Assembly: GCA_964035545.1 (NCBI GenBank) | Contig: OZ037765.1 | Span: 7,698,698-7,762,697, forward strand | DNA: 64,000 nucleotides | Direction of reading: 5' to 3' | From: Bugula neritina | Lineage: Eukaryota; Animalia; Bryozoa | Shown: one piece after another, positions 36,694 to 51,991 of the stretch | Position numbering within the stretch: the stretch's first letter is position 1 | Layout: each line of letters starts with the position of its first letter | Translations under genes and position numbers: made by a program | Notes under the pieces: model-generated | Told to the model about the DNA's origin: nothing | Databases searched by the model: none | Seen by the model: only the letters and a program-made list of their open reading frames with translations

Positions 36694-36835
36694 AATATAC
36701 ATGTACACTACTCTCTATATAAATTATAAGCTACTCTCTATAAAGAATATAAACCACTGTCTATATAGAATATGCACCACTCTCTATATAGAATACAAAC
36801 CACTATCTATGTAGAATATACACTACTATATAATT
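36690..36835. repeat. Degenerate ~25-bp tandem repeat (TATAGAATATACACCACTCTCTA-like) in the GPCR 3' UTR
   Basis: About 5-6 diverged copies starting at the stop codon. Confidence 0.75.
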
Positions 36836-37400
36836 CATATAAATGAGTAGACCACCCAAGAAGCATTTAAATTTGTTAATTATAACTATTCCAATCACAT
36901 AATAATGTTGGTGTTTTTCTTCTAAAATTTATTATTTTTTTACCATTTCTTGCTTTAAATAATTATTAAAATTTCATGAAGTAAATCTACCTCATGCAGC
37001 TGTTGATTATTATTATTGTTGTTGCTTTGTGTGTCAGAAACCTACTATATAAAATATATTATTTTCAAATCAAATATAAGTCTTGTAAATTTACAGCATA
37101 TATACTAGATTGAATAGCTTTCCAACCAACAAAAAGCTACCGACTTTTTTATATGCCAACATCAAGTTGTTTTGTTTCTCCATACTTACAGGAAATAGCA
37201 AGAAATTACTGCAGAAATTTCCAATAGACAAACAGTTCCTATCAATGGTCAATATACATTGCCATGTACCATAGGCATTGTTGAAATCTGTAGACCCTGC
37301 CAAGTGGGACAAGAAGAAAGGCGCCAGCTAACAGAGCAATCTGTGCTCTCTTATACCAATAGCTAATTTACTCAAGTTCTTTAAAGTTTTTGTTTCATAT

Positions 37401-40400
37401 CTAGTACTTTTCTGATGACAAGAACAGTTGAGGGTCACTAACCGTCTTTTTCAAAGGGCAAGTAACCATTCCAGTTGCCTCGTCATACTGCATGACATTT
37501 GGTGAAAAGTAGACAACGGCACTGGATGGAGTCGGTACCTCAGATAAGTTTTCGGCTCGTTTACCTTTACGGTGGGAGCTAGCTCTGCTCATCTGTGATA
37601 CAGGAGTGATGGACACACCAGGGTTGTCGTATAATGAGGAAAGACCACTTCGTTGACTGAAACTAGTTGTCATTAGTGCATATGTACTGGCAGATCTCAA
37701 ACCTTGTCTCATCTCACTTTGTCTGCGTTTAGAGTATTTTCGAGATGAAATGCAAGCACACACTGCAAAATAGAATTACACCCATGTATAGCATATATAA
37801 TAATATGTAGTTTATGCAAAAGACAAATAACATCTACGCAAAGGGCAGTTATTAAATTAACGAAGGAAATGTTTGATTAAGAGCAAAAACCCTTCAGGCA
37901 ATTACCAAAATAAAATTGATTGGTGCTTACAATGCTAAAACTGCATAAGGAAAGCTTACTGATAAAACCAGGACATTTTGTATGCATTTGTTCTAACAGG
38001 GGACAAGTAATTGTAACTATTTATAAAAAGAATTGTTTGCACTGTGCATATAGTACAGCCCTCAGTTAAAATGACTGCAAGTCTATTTGCCCTTCTGCTA
38101 TAATTATTGTCTGCAATATTTATAGCTTATTTCATAGATTGCCTAGTATATAGAATACAAGTTTAACCCCAAACCCCTCTGTTTGCAATAGGCTATTTAT
38201 AGCTTATTCCACACATTCAAAGTACAAGTTTTTAATTTGCAATAGGCTATGGAGTATAGACTATGTTGTAGAACGCCATGGGTGCCAAAAAATCACTCAG
38301 GACTACAAGTAAATGATTAGCTCCCTTGTATAGCCTGTAGGCAAAGAGTGAACAAATACATGCTTGGTTAATATTGATCAGCAACAGTAACATGTTGTAA
38401 GAGTGTAACACGAAGTTTGAGGACTAAGGTAATGCAGCCTTCATAATAAAAGCAAAATGTCATCTAGGCTTTGACTTTTTAAGTTTTTATGGTTCTACCT
38501 ATAATGCAGATGAATAGAGCGCTGACAATGGAAGCAATAATGATGCCATACAATCGGTAGTCTGTGATGCCATCTGGTGTATTTTCTGTGTCCGATTTAG
38601 TAGTGAATGTGTCACATTTGTTCCCATCAGCAAATTGTTGATCCTGGTAAGCCAAACACAGCCTGTACGTTGTGTCTCTCTGTGAAATCATTGAAATAAA
38701 ATATATTTTAATATATATGCTTTAGTAAATATAGGCTAGACACATAGGTAATATTAATTAATAGCAGTGATCCCACAAATTGGAGTGTTACAAGTACTTT
38801 TATCATCAGCTACTAGGTTGTGAAGAGGTTAAGTTTGCCTATATACCATTAGCTAGGTGAATATATAGCTATATATCACAATATGGATATCATTAAAACT
38901 TTTAGAATGTAAAGTAAGAAACTATATACATAGCATGTTTTCGTTCAAACAATGTTGTGAAAGCTTGTTGAGAGCAAAACTCTGAAAGTAACTTTAATTT
39001 GTTTAAAGCCTTCTATTCCTCAGCCTTTACCTTCAAAGCTAGACTAGAGTATGAAACTGGGTATAGTGACATATTTGTGGTATTATGAAAATAAAGTACT
39101 TTTCCTTACTAACAGCCAGTAATGTTTTATTCGAGCTTAGAGCACATTGAACCTTAATACTACAATGTTAATCAATTACAAGTACAACCCATGCGTTACA
39201 AAACTCACTTGTCAGAATGAAGTATAAACTTATTTAATATGCAAGTTATCATAACCTAAAGCAAACATAATATTATAAAAGGCAGCCAAAGCTGTAATAA
39301 TGATAATAGCAATACCTATAATCAAAGTAAACTTTTGGCTGCATTATTAAAAAAGTTTTAATAATGAAACAATGCCAACATTATAAGCAGATATTTGCTG
39401 TCAGTATATCTTATTGGATGAAATAAAAATTGAAATAATAATTTACTTGTAAGTTTGAGATGGTGTATCCAGTGGGAGAGTGCCTTGACCTTACAAAGTA
39501 TTGGATAGGAAAAGAGGTCTGGTTATTCGTCTTGACTTCGATGAGAATTGCTTTGTAGCGTCTTGAAGGATAAATTATCTGCCAGGAGAATTCAACAAAT
39601 TCTTCCCCTAATAATAATTATGAGATGTGAATTTATATACAACATCAACGTGTGATACGTGACATAGCCTGCATGGAGCGACACAGGACTAATTGAAGTT
39701 ATTTGAGTAAACAATTAGATTAACTGATATTTGGTGAATTATCACTATAAATAAGTACAGCATATACTATAGACTATACTACATATGTTGTTCAATAATT
39801 CCATTAAAATATTATATACTAAAAAATCAACCACCAAACTTGTAGAAATAGTCATCTGGAAGATTACATGATTTAAGCTTACATTATTCACCATCTCATA
39901 AAATCTAAATTATATGGCTATAAATATATGTACATATACAGTGGCGCAACTTGTATCTATGTAACTTTATAGCTAATACTATACCAAGACTAGCTTTATA
40001 GCTAATATAACCTCTGAAGACTGTTAACAAACTTAAACAAAATGAAGGAAATTCTGTAAACCACTCTATTTTATCAAAGAATAACTTTTCTTACCAATAT
40101 TTCTTATGATTATCTTAGACTCGTCTTTAATCACTTCCAGATAGAAAGTTTGGCGTACACCAGGTCCTTGGTTGTTGGTAGCAGAGCATACGTACATGCC
40201 AGAACTGTCTGCCTTTGCTTGCCTAATCACCAGATCGCCATTTATGAAACCAATAACTGAATTGGAAAGGAGCATTCGGTTGCCAAAGTACCAATGCACC
40301 AGTGGAGTTGGTTTGCCAGCAACCTAGCAATACATGGGAATGATTTCAGCATGTATAAATTATATACAAACTTGTAGTAAAATTACTGTAATATATTGTG

Positions 40401-42542
40401 CTTTGCATAAAAATACGATTTTCCAATTACAAAGTTTCTGTGGAAAATTTGAATTTTATGAACATCAACTTTTTTTTAATTAATTTTCAAAACTAATCAT
40501 TTATAGTTCAAGATTGATTGATTGATTTAGTTATTACACATCACAGGCATGAAAACATGTTGTGAAATTCAGTGTAAATACTGGCCTTAAGAAATAAATG
40601 TGAAAAAAATAGAAAATACACAGTTCCTTATTTTAGTGCACAGATCTGCAATGTGAAGTAAACCATGAGCTTGAGCTTATAGGCTAGCTTACACAACCAA
40701 CTTCACACTCATTACATATGCACACATATATTATGTACACTGTATACTGTAGTATATCTAACAACCTTATTCTATATGTCATGCTGTGTCTCTATAGGTG
40801 AACAGTAAATAACATGAAAATAAGATGGAAGTAGTAATAATATATTACTTATAAGCCTATAATTGTGCTGTCAGAGTCGATTTGTGTTATCTACTTTAAT
40901 TATTCTCATACAATAGGTTTATGAAGGATTTTCACAATTATGTTTACATTATATAATTATTGAATTTAATGCAGTTACGTTAAATAGTTTAGAGCTTCAA
41001 AGTATAAATTAATTGCATTTTGAACATGCAAAAGCAAACAGACACAAACAAATTAACTGCAGAAAAAAGATTCCAAAGCTGTAGTAGACCTCAAGGCAGA
41101 TTCAATACTAAAATTCCATGATAAAAATGCATGCTCATGTAAAAGTGCCATGCAAATTCACCTAAGTTTGCAATCTATTGAAAGAGTTTCAGTTTAATTT
41201 TTTTCTTCATGGCTATAAAACTTTAAAATGCAATCATGCAATGGTTACTAACCTTGCATCTGATCCTAACATTACCTCCTTCATTCACTACCGTCACGTT
41301 ACTTGATCGGTAAAGCAGTTTTGGGGAACATGTTTGGTGTTGTAGTGTTGAATTCCTGTGAATGCTACACGTTAACAGGGTTTCGGGAGAGAGCATAATT
41401 TGTTTCTTTGAAATAGATGTTTTTGTGAACTCTGCTATCCAATTAAAGCTGCAATCACATACCAGCAACATGCCAAAAGCAGAGATATTTATTGCTGTAG
41501 AGATGTTCATCCACGTTTCTGGCAGGACACGAAGCCCAGTGTAGGACACGTCTATAGTGTGGAGGTACTGTAGATCTTGAAGAGACTGAGAGTCAACATA
41601 CTGCAGGTTTGAGTTATTGAAGAGCAAAAGCTTGTTTACTTTAGAGTTGACAAAAGCGTTTGCATCCATTAGCTGTAACTTTTGAGAATTTGTAATTTTT
41701 AGTGTGTTGATCGAAGCATTGATGAAAGTGTTCGTTTCAATGACTGTGAGGTGACATGCACTGATATCTAATATATTTAGTTGTGTTTGTGTAGTAGAAT
41801 GCCATGTTAAGTTGGTAATAGGGTTTTTTCCAACAAAGAATGATGTGCCTGAATTCGGGAACTTCACAAAAGACAAGACGTGTATCGCATTACCTTCGAG
41901 ATTCACCCACTTTAGTGACAATAATTTTGTGAACTCAGAAGTCAAAACATTCTGTATTAGGTTGTAAGATAAGTCCAGAACTTGCAGTTGTTTCAAGTCA
42001 GCAAAAGATTTTGATGGCACTCGTGTGAGAGCGTTGTAAGACAGGTTTAGATGTTGCAAATAAGCCATTTGATGAAAGGCATCATCACCAATGTGACTTA
42101 TAAAATTGTGAGAAAGAGATAGTATCACAAGAGTCTTAGATATTTTATACAGTGAGTAGCCGGAGATGAAAGTAATATACGAGTTTGAAATTTGAAGCTC
42201 TTCAAGAGTGATGATTGTAGGAATACTTTTTATATCCTGCACATTTCCGATTATTTTTAATGACTTCAATTTATAAAAATCTACTAAAGCACTGTAGTCT
42301 AGCACTATGTCAAGGTCTAAGGGAGTCTTGTAAAATAGGATATCAGCATTAGATATATTTGCAATGTTTGCCAACTTGCCAGTACATTCCACAAGGATGT
42401 AGTTTTCATCCCCAAGTGATGGTGCCGAAGCGTTACTCGAACAAACACAGTTGCTGATGCAGTTGCTTGTCTGACCAGATATGGTGCTTATTCCATAAAC
42501 CAGAAAGGTGGAGAGGTAAGCTGTGAGCCAGCAGTTTCTCAT
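37401..42542 (-). CDS. LRR-Ig-FN3 single-pass transmembrane protein (LIG family, LRRN/LRFN-like)
   Basis: Exons 42542-41253 (signal peptide, LRRNT CISNCVC, LxxLxLxxNxL repeats, LRRCT LVCDCSFNW), 40323-40095 (Ig: VAGKPTPLVHW..DSSGMYVCSATN), 39607-39447 and 38679-38499 (FN3: FSW..YTISNLQRDTTYRLCL; TM), 37762-37401 (tail); phases are consistent. Confidence 0.88.
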
Positions 42543-44409
42543 CTTCAGCGGTCAGCTATGAACAATATTTATAGCAAAAGTATGTGACAGGTTCCCTTAG
42601 TAAACCCATACATGTATAGGCTGCCACCTGTAACATGTCAACAGCACTAGCTTCAGTCTGCACATAAAAATTGTCTTATAGGCAATGAGTAAATTACTAC
42701 ATGTTTGACAGAACTCATCCATATGTATACATTTAATCTAATTAGTCAGTTGTATGGTAGGCAGCTATGAAATGTATTTAAACATGGAAAATCAATAAAA
42801 TGTATTAAGGTCAATGTGAAAGCAATATCCAAAACATCATAAGGTGTAGCATCTGGGATACCAGAATATAATCTGGCCAGAAACCATGAGCTATGAATAA
42901 TTGGTTTATAAAAGATGAAAACCTGGACAAATATTCTAAAACTTGAAGACCCTGCAACTATCAACATCAAACAACTAAAGTATTTTGTAATAATTATGAC
43001 ATTAATGTTGCTGCTACCGTGTGTCATTATTTTTTTGTACATATTAGAATTTTCAAAATAAAAAAAGGAATAATGATTTATAATTTTGATATAATATTGT
43101 TGTCTCAACAACCAATTTGAGCATGAACAATTATTCGCCAACAGATTAAGTTGCATATGTGTTGCAGAGTTTGTCCTATAATGTATACACTATGTTGTAT
43201 AATATGCATTATTAACCAGTTCCAGTTCACCATATCATGTCATCCGTGGTTATTGATTGCTAAAGTACTATTATTTGATGAATGTGCAACCACTGTAACT
43301 TTGTCTGACTTTCAATTACATGCAAAATCTATAAATATAATATTGAGGAAACAGCTAGATATATTAATTTTTGCCACCTTCTAGGCATCACAATAATGCA
43401 GGTAGTCAGCCTCTGTGCGAATTGCAGTTCTATTCTTAATTTCTCATAAAAAGTAAAAAAACAAGCTGATTTTAAAAAGCATTTTGGCAGGTAAATGTAA
43501 CTAATACCAGTCAACTACACGTCACAGTGATACTTACTCAGAAAGAAAAAAATTATTTACAAAACTTTCTCATTAATAACTTTATATAGTTAGCCTATTT
43601 ATTTATGTAAACTTTATATGAATTGCTTATTGTCCTAGCTTGAAAGTTTCAGTGTCATTACATTTTTGATTTACTACTTTTCTACATAGCATGTAAAAGA
43701 TTGGGAATTATTTGATACCTATGTTGGTCATATAGATATAGAAAATTCGCCTAAAACTTCTAATAACATGTTATAGTTAAATGATGATACAGGGTCAATG
43801 TTCATTTGTAGACGATAGAGTTATCTTCTCTATCCAATTACAGTCTAGGACTCTAGGAGGAGGAGAGTTATAGTTATAGCAGGTTCTTACAGAGCCTTTA
43901 CCAGAGATTATAAATTTCAAGTATTTATAAATAATCGCATTAGGTGTTTTAATGCTATTGGAAATGTGAGGGTGCCCAACAATGCAGTGTAGAAGGAAAG
44001 AAACAATTTTAATCTCACTAGTAAACTTGTTCTGTAGCAACATTAATAGTTGCCAAACATTATAGAAGACCATGTACAAATGCAGTTTATAGGGCTAGCA
44101 TGTGGCTAACAACAATGAATAATGAGTGATACTTTTTATACACTTATCTAATAATTATATTAATTGAAGAATTTATAGTGTGGCCAGTGATCTCAACAAT
44201 ACATGTTGTTATAATGACTAATAGTAATATCTCTTATCTGATGGTATATCACAACAGTAAATTAATTTCAAGAGAATGACTGGAAGAATTAAGATAATTG
44301 TCACTCATAACTGTTTTTATGACAATATGAATTACAAGCAATAGTTTTTAACGTTTTAATTATTAAACAGGTTGTTTAATTCTAAATTTTGGTGTTTATA
44401 ATCATTTTA

Positions 44410-44530
44410 GGTGCTGTGACGTCAAAGTGTTAAAGGGCATATATCGCGCTGTGGTGAAGGTCAAAGTTAAAATAATCAGTAATGACCTAGCGTAGTGTTG
44501 AAGTTTTGTGTTGCAGTATGCGGTACGATC
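44410..44530 (+). promoter_or_regulatory. Probable FDXR promoter / 5' UTR exon with palindromic CRE (TGACGTCA at ~44417)
   Basis: Local CpG-containing patch with candidate donors, upstream of the acceptor at ~45455 that precedes the ATG; inferred. Confidence 0.4.
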
Positions 44531-45480
44531 CCTAAGTTAAAACGCATTAGGAATTATTATGGTGCTAATTTTATATTCTAATTTTATTCTAGTAGTACTA
44601 GTACTTAGAGTTAGAGTTAGTAACAGTATTACTTATAATTATATTTATCATTTAATTTTATGGTTATTCTAAATTTCTTATATCTAAAGTTAGTCTTATA
44701 CTTGGTATTACCGTTATTCACTCATGCAATTATACTTATGCTTTTACTTTTAGTGTAACAATGATATTTTTGTTGGAGTTGACAAATTAAGGTTGTAAAA
44801 GAGTAAAGACTAAGTCAAAATCTATTGAATCTAAACTTTATTCATTATTGGCTACCTTTAGCTAGGGTTACTGCAGTATAATGATAATAAATGTGAATAT
44901 AAATTTGAGTATTGTGATTTAATGCAATAGCTTAACGTGAATAGATAATACCGAAACTACTAGTAGAGTAGTACTTGGCAGAGCTGGGTCATAGTCAAAT
45001 TTACTTGAGTAATTGCCGATTCAAATTTCTTCACTTAAGCTAAACTCGACTTGCTAAAACCATTGACTTTGAGTTTTTACTTGACTGACTTTTAAAAACT
45101 TGCAGGTGAATTTAAGTCATATAGGAACAGTTCGTTAAGTATGTCATGTAAAGTTTGTAATTTAAGTCAACATGCTTGTGTAAAATGTTTTTAAAGTATT
45201 TGAATCCAAGTCTATAAACTAATAGTATTAGTTTTAGCTTTATTTTTATTTCAATAGCATTATCTTTTTTTTATTATAACTATTTTAGGACTATTGCATC
45301 TTTTCATGAATTGTGATAAATATTATGTGAAAAAGGTTTTTGATTAGTTCGTACTAAATGTTTTTAAAATTATTATTGCAGAATGATAAATATGTGTTGG
45401 GGGAAAAATGTTCAACTAAATTAAACAACTGGTTAATTTATCACTTTTATTTTAGTATTTGCTCTATTATAACACTCACG

Positions 45481-48400
45481 ATGTCTAGGAGGATATTTCA
45501 GCACATTTTCGAAAAGTATAACCGTGCCTATCAACATAGGAACTGTTCTCGGAAAAGAAATGCTAAACAATTGAAGTCTTGCATTGTTGGCGGTGGACCA
45601 GCAGGCTTTTATACTGCTCAAAGGTTACTCAGAGTATGTTCTATGTTTCTCATATAGTTAATTGTGTATTGGTAATAAAACTCTGCTAGAAATATTTCGA
45701 TTACATAGTATTTAATAGTTCTAATCGTTGGGATATTGTAGAGAAATTCAGAGATTTTGGTGGATATTTTTGACAAACTTCCTGTTCCTTTTGGTCTTGT
45801 CAGGTTTGGAGTGGCTCCTGACCATCCTGAAGTCAAGGTAATAGTTTATTACATGATGTTTTGCTCTGGTTAGTGTGGATTGTGTTCAATGACATAATTT
45901 TAACTTGATCAAACACTCACTTCCACTAAACTTTGTTTTGAGACCACATATGATAGAGCTACTTTTAATTTTTTTTTACATTTTGGAGTTGAAACTGTAA
46001 AATAATTGAAATGCATTGTTAAGGAATTGGCTTACTGTTGCCTGATCCATAATTTTTTCCAAGTATGCTTAGAGTCAAAACAACAACTGCTGCCTAATAC
46101 TGCTTTTTTACTATATAACTGACTCATCAATATTAGCTTGATATAGCTCCCAAATCTCTTTATTGAGTATTAAATTCAGCAACGTACATTTAACATTAAC
46201 ACTGTATGCTATAATGAGTGCATATTTTAGACAGAAATACTTACTGCATTGATTAATAAAAATTTCAATTCTAAACAGTTTTCTTGTAACTAGAAAGGCA
46301 AAATCTATATATTTTTTACAACTCTTATTTCTTATTACTAAATTTTTTTTATGTGAAAACTGGCCGACTAAATATTGCATACAAACTGCACAGATTCCTA
46401 GTCTTTCTACTTATATGAAATATTTCTAATGTAACTGAAAAGTTTGTTGGTTTTATATTTCAATATATTTATTTGTTTTGCTGTTGTGAGGTTGGTTTTA
46501 TTTAAATAGCACATTAAAAGTTTGCAAAGTTATTGTGAGTATAAAAATTGGGTTATATTTCTGCAAAAAATTGTAGTAGTTAATTTTTAGGGTTGTTAAA
46601 TTAAAATTGGACAAGCATATAATACATATAAATACATAAATGATGTAATTATATTTTAGGCTAGCTTTTTCAACATTTGTCAACATGACTGTAATAAAGA
46701 GGAGTAAATTAAAAGAATTATTAAAGTATAAACTATTTTAATTTGTAGAATGTCATCAATACTTTTACTCAAACAGCTAACAAGTATTCTGATAGATGCC
46801 GATTTCTAGGAAATGTAGAAGTTGGTAAAGACATCGCCATATCTCAACTACTTGAATCATATGACATTGTTGTATTTGTAAGTTACAGTGCTAGTCTTAT
46901 TTTTCACAACATATTACGCATGTAATTTTTGTGAATGTGTTTTTTAAAGGTTGTGAAATAATCGTCTCTTGTACAAAATGACTCTGTTTCCCATTACTCA
47001 CCTTTGCAGAAACACATTACACTGGTTCTAATTTTAAAAAGTTGTACTGTTACTTTTTTCTTATAGAGCCATGGCGCTGAAAGTGACAGAAAGTTAAACA
47101 TCCCTGGGGAGGTAAGTAGATTTTCTACTGGAATACCGGTTTCTGTCTAAACCCTTGGGTATATGTAGTTTGTTCAATGCACATGACCAGGTTTTTATTT
47201 TTTGCAGAATTCAGATGGTGTTTATTCAGCTCGAGAATTTGTTGGATGGTATAATGGTCTTCCTGAATTCTCCCATGTAAGAATTGCACATTTTCTTGTA
47301 ACTTTTATATATGTCTGCTTGTATGTCAGCTTTAGTAATAGTGTATTTAGGTACCTGTGTAACTACTTAGTCAATTTATAATAAATTTGAGCTTGTATCG
47401 AGCTATGACATTTATAAACCATTACAAATTGTCAATATTGTGATCTTTATGTAGCTGGCACCAGATCTGAGCAGGGAGTCTGCTATTATACTTGGACATG
47501 GTAATGTTGCTCTGGACATAGCAAGACTACTTCTAATGCCAGTTGATGAACTTGCTGTGAGTTACTGATGTCAAACTATGCATGCCCTTTGAATTAGCTT
47601 CTCAAATATATTTTATGGCTTTTACTAGTTTGCTGAATTGTAATAGTAATGCAGTTTGCCCTGTTTGAAACATTGCGCTATACCTTCATTCATGTATGTA
47701 TGTATGTGTATATGCATATGTGTGTGTGTGTGTACGTGTATGGATGTGTGTACATGTGTGTGGAAGTATAGGTGCGTGTATACTGTGTTTATCACTAAAA
47801 AGAGCTTGATATAAAAAACAAAGCATATAATGTTACGATAAAACAAAACATTTGAATAAATAAAATGTAACATTATATTATAGGCTTCCATTACATAAAA
47901 CATTTGTATTTTGGTAAAAAAGAGTTATCCAATAACATTGTTCCTTTTATTTATTGAAACTTTCATGGTTTCAAGAATTCCGTGTACGTTATTTTGCAGA
48001 AGACAGATATCTGCCAACATGCGTTAGACGTTGTGGCAGCTAGTAAGGTTCAACATGTTCACATTGTTGGTCGAAGAGGACCTCTTCAAACTGCCTTCAC
48101 CATCAAAGAATTCAGAGAGATGACAAAACTACCTAACGTTAAATCACACATTTGTTTAGAGGATTCGAAAACATCAATAATGGAAGAATATGAACGTGTG
48201 TTGAGTTTTTGTGTATTATTTAGTAGACGGTTAATTTTTATATAAAATGTTGAAAACATAATAACTTATATTTCAATTTACACTGTGCAGAAAGTTTACA
48301 TTCTGATTTTATTTATTTGCCGCAGTTTGAAATATCTAAACCTTTTCAATATATAGGTTTGGCCAGACCTCGTCGTAGGATAACTGATCTCATGCTGAAA

Positions 48401-51400
48401 ATGGCGGACAATCCAACAGTCTCTAAATCTTCTAGCAAATCCTGGAGTCTTGAATTTCTACTGACACCACTAGAAGTTTTAACAGAAAATGGACATGCTT
48501 CGGCTGTGAGATTTGCTAAAAATAAACTGGAGGTGAGCTTCCTATCAATCGTTCTAGGAATAGTATGGATTCTTAAGATTACTAGAACTTTCAGTTATGT
48601 TAAATTATATGCTTTTATCAGGTGAAATAGATTTATAGAATGGGACATCTAGTCTATTAAAAGCCACCTTTAAGTTAAAACGAAGCTGAAAATTGCTACA
48701 AATACCCACAATTTTTGTAACGTTGTATAGACATATTATTATTCTTTCATAGTTGCCATTCACCATGTCTAGATGTAGGACCTCTGTATTGGCAATAAGT
48801 ATGATTTTTTAGAATATTGATGCATTAAATTTTATATACTTGAAGGTTTAGAAATAGCACATACAAAAAAGGTGTTTATTAGAAATTAGGAATGATATTG
48901 AATGATGGGACTTGATTACTGTGAACTGGCTACAGTCCCATATGATGCTTTTGCCTGAGATATTTTCCATTATTTTTCTTTTCATTTTTCAAGTGTAACT
49001 GAAGGCTATATATTTACTTTTACTAAATGTAGTCTCCTTTAAGTTGGTACAATTTTGATCATTTCAGAAAATAACCATACTGTTTATTTCCAGTTGCACA
49101 AATAAAAACCTAAAGAAAAGTTAATTAATTAAAAGCAACCCGAAACTAAAGCTGTCAGACCTGCACATAGGTTACATGCTTAGAAAATTTATTTTTCTAG
49201 AAACGATGAAATTTTAACTTTAGTGAGAGCAGTAACAACTTCATTTAACCTAATATTTAAAGATATAATAGTTTGCTGTATTTTAGGGAAAAGAAATAAA
49301 TTCTCAAAAAGCGGTTGTCACAGATGAAGTGATAAACCTACAGTCAAACCTGGTGATAAGGTGATTTACACATACATGAGATTCATTTTAGCATATCCTG
49401 CTATTGTTAAGTAGAAATAATATTGGTCCATGCTGTTGTTTGATTTTTATTAGGCCAGCATTATTCCTCCTGGCATGTTTTCACATCAGTGAAGATTTGC
49501 TGAATGTATGTACATGTAGTTCAAAGATATGTGCACAATAAAACAAATTATAGCATATAGGAATGTAAATGTGCACTATGAATGTATTATTCGAAGATGA
49601 ACAATATCTTGAATTTTTAGACATTTTGTTCTCCTACATTGTAGGGCATATTTCTGCAGTATACAAACCCTATTTTGCTTATCGTCACTCTCCAATTTCT
49701 TAAAAGTTCAGGCGGATAACTTTTAGTAGAAAGTAGCAATGAAATTATGCAACTTAAAGTCTTATCAAATGCTAATGTACACGTGGCAGAAACTGTGCGA
49801 TTTTTAGACTTTAGGTTTTAATATTACAATAAAATGCCTAACTGGTTGGAGGCGGTGACACGGCATTTCGAAAATAATAATTGGAAAACACCTATTTGGA
49901 AAAGGGAGAAGTCACCAATAGACAACTCGAAAATAGACAATTAAAAAATGGACTACTGGAAAATAGACGTTTGGAAAATGAAAATCTTCAACATAGCCTA
50001 GTCTGTAGGAGGCGTTTAACATCTGGTCGGGTCCAAAATAGCTTTCAAAAATAAATATTAAGACCGAATCAGTTAGGCTTTCATGGAAGTAGAATTAGTT
50101 ACTGAATAGTTCTAATTTAAAATTGCCCACATGTTGAAGATTCTTCATTTTCCAAATGTCTATTTTCCAATTGTACATTGATGATTTGTCCGTTTTCCTA
50201 TTGTCATTTTCGAAATGTCGCGGATTCAGTTGGAGGCACCTACCCACCACGAAAGCCTGTAACATGGGTGGCGTATCTAATGCAGTTGCCAATTTTAAGA
50301 AAGTGGCCTTGGTACACTTGCTTTGGTAATAATAGACACCAGCATTTGTTAAGGCAAAGTCCATAGTATTCTAATATATTCTTTCCTATCCAGTTCTCAC
50401 TGTGATGCAGTAGAAAGCTTCCCAGCTATTTTTTCTATGATATGCAAAACCAAAGTGAAAGGATTAGTTTTGGTTTTAGAAACCACCTGACTACTGTGTA
50501 TATATTTCCAAACTATAGGCCCAAATTGAGTTTGCAGTAGCTGATGAACAATAAAATAAATTGTGATTGACATGACTGAAATTAGAGGCTCAATTGATGA
50601 AGCTTGCTATTTTCATTACCTGAACAGTACATTTGTTGTATATCACAAATAATTGTTTGCTGTCAATAATTTATGCTAATAATACACTTTGCTATTGTAG
50701 AAGTATAGGCTACCAGACTTTACCTATTGGAGATGGCAATATTATTCCATTCGATGATAAAACCTACACTATACCCAATCGTTATGGCCGAATTTTGAAT
50801 CATAAAGGTTGTTGGTAAATTTTTTTAATTTAATAAATGATAGTGTATGCCAAATCAAATGATGAATAGCACTTGTTTAGCATGCCATATAATATTAAGT
50901 TGGTTAATCAAACCCATTAGAAGGAGTGTCACAACCAGTCATTTTATCAGCATGTTTTATTGTAAAGTTCATAGCCTGCCTAAAATGCTTATTGGGGTTC
51001 TTACGGAAATGTCAAAATTTACAAACTAATAGATACATGCTTATTATATATTTCTCTATGAAAAGAATTGTATAACTTATGTGTCAAATTTTTAATTCAT
51101 ATGTTACTGTGTTTATATGCTTTGATTAATTTTTGTGTTGTAGGTGTGTATTGTAGTGGTTGGGCAAAGAGGGGTCCTGTTGGGGTGATAGCGGGCACCA
51201 TGACCGATGCATTTGAAACTGCTGATAGTGTGATTGAAGATATAGAGTCAGGAGTTATCAAACCATCTACCTCATGTATAAAAGATATTACTGAATCGCT
51301 ATTCAGTGAAGGTACTAGCAATATTTTGGTACAAATGGTGTTTATATTGATAGTGCATCTGTCAATCTTAATCATTCTACAACCAAATTATTTTTTACTG

Positions 51401-51724
51401 TTCTACTATTTAATAAATGCAAATTGTAGCACAGCCTAAATTTACAAAAACGTAGAGACCTGCATAAATGCATTTCTTTCCCATGAGTTGATCTAATGAA
51501 AGTGAAAATTAATAAAGGTATACAAGTAGTAAAAATGAGAGTTCATTTAATCATGAAACATTATAGTTATTGGCCTATTTTCAGGTATTAGTGTGGTAGA
51601 TTTCAATGAGTGGGAGAAGATAAATGAAGAAGAAATGCGAAGGGGTGATAAAGTAGGCAAGCCGAGAGAAAAGATCATAGATGTTCATGAAATGATAAGA
51701 ATTGCAAAGTCCTTGGACAGTTGA
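45481..51724 (+). CDS. FDXR: NADPH:adrenodoxin oxidoreductase (ferredoxin reductase), mitochondrial
   Basis: About 12 exons (45481-45633, 45742-45837, 46749-46877, ~47067-47112, ~47208-47276, 47455-47556, 48000-~48195, ~48357-48532, ~49287-49340, 50701-~50807, 51144-~51311, 51585-51724). Motifs [86 protein letters not shown]. Confidence 0.96.
47690..47785. repeat. (TG/TA)n degenerate microsatellite
   Basis: Visible in an FDXR intron. Confidence 0.85.
49854..50228. mobile_element. Foldback/MULE-like non-autonomous DNA transposon with 9-bp TSD
   Basis: Flanked by the direct repeat GTTGGAGGC (49845-49853 and 50229-50237). Inverted arms (~49857-49996 vs ~50130-50227) are built from ~15-bp subrepeats (GACAATTGGAAAATA-like). 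Confidence 0.85.
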
Positions 51725-51991
51725 CACATTCTTAGTTTTCAATTCATATTTAATTAATTGAGCTTTTTCAGTAAATTAAGAGGGTGGTCATATTTTTATA
51801 CCCTGGCATTTCACACTGAGGATGAATAACATTTAGTTAAATACTAGTAGAATGAAGATATTTATTTAACCTCGGTGTACCTTTCACTTCTGTTACTGTA
51901 TACTCAAGTGCTGTATAATGCTTCTAGTTCTATGTATTATATCATTTTATTAATGTACATGTTTACAGTAATTGCATTATTTTGTTGGACA

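Noticed and set aside
42746-43514. ORFs of 136, 77 and 61 aa upstream of the LRR gene
   Set aside because: AT-rich composition, no recognisable domains or splice pattern; probably chance ORFs.
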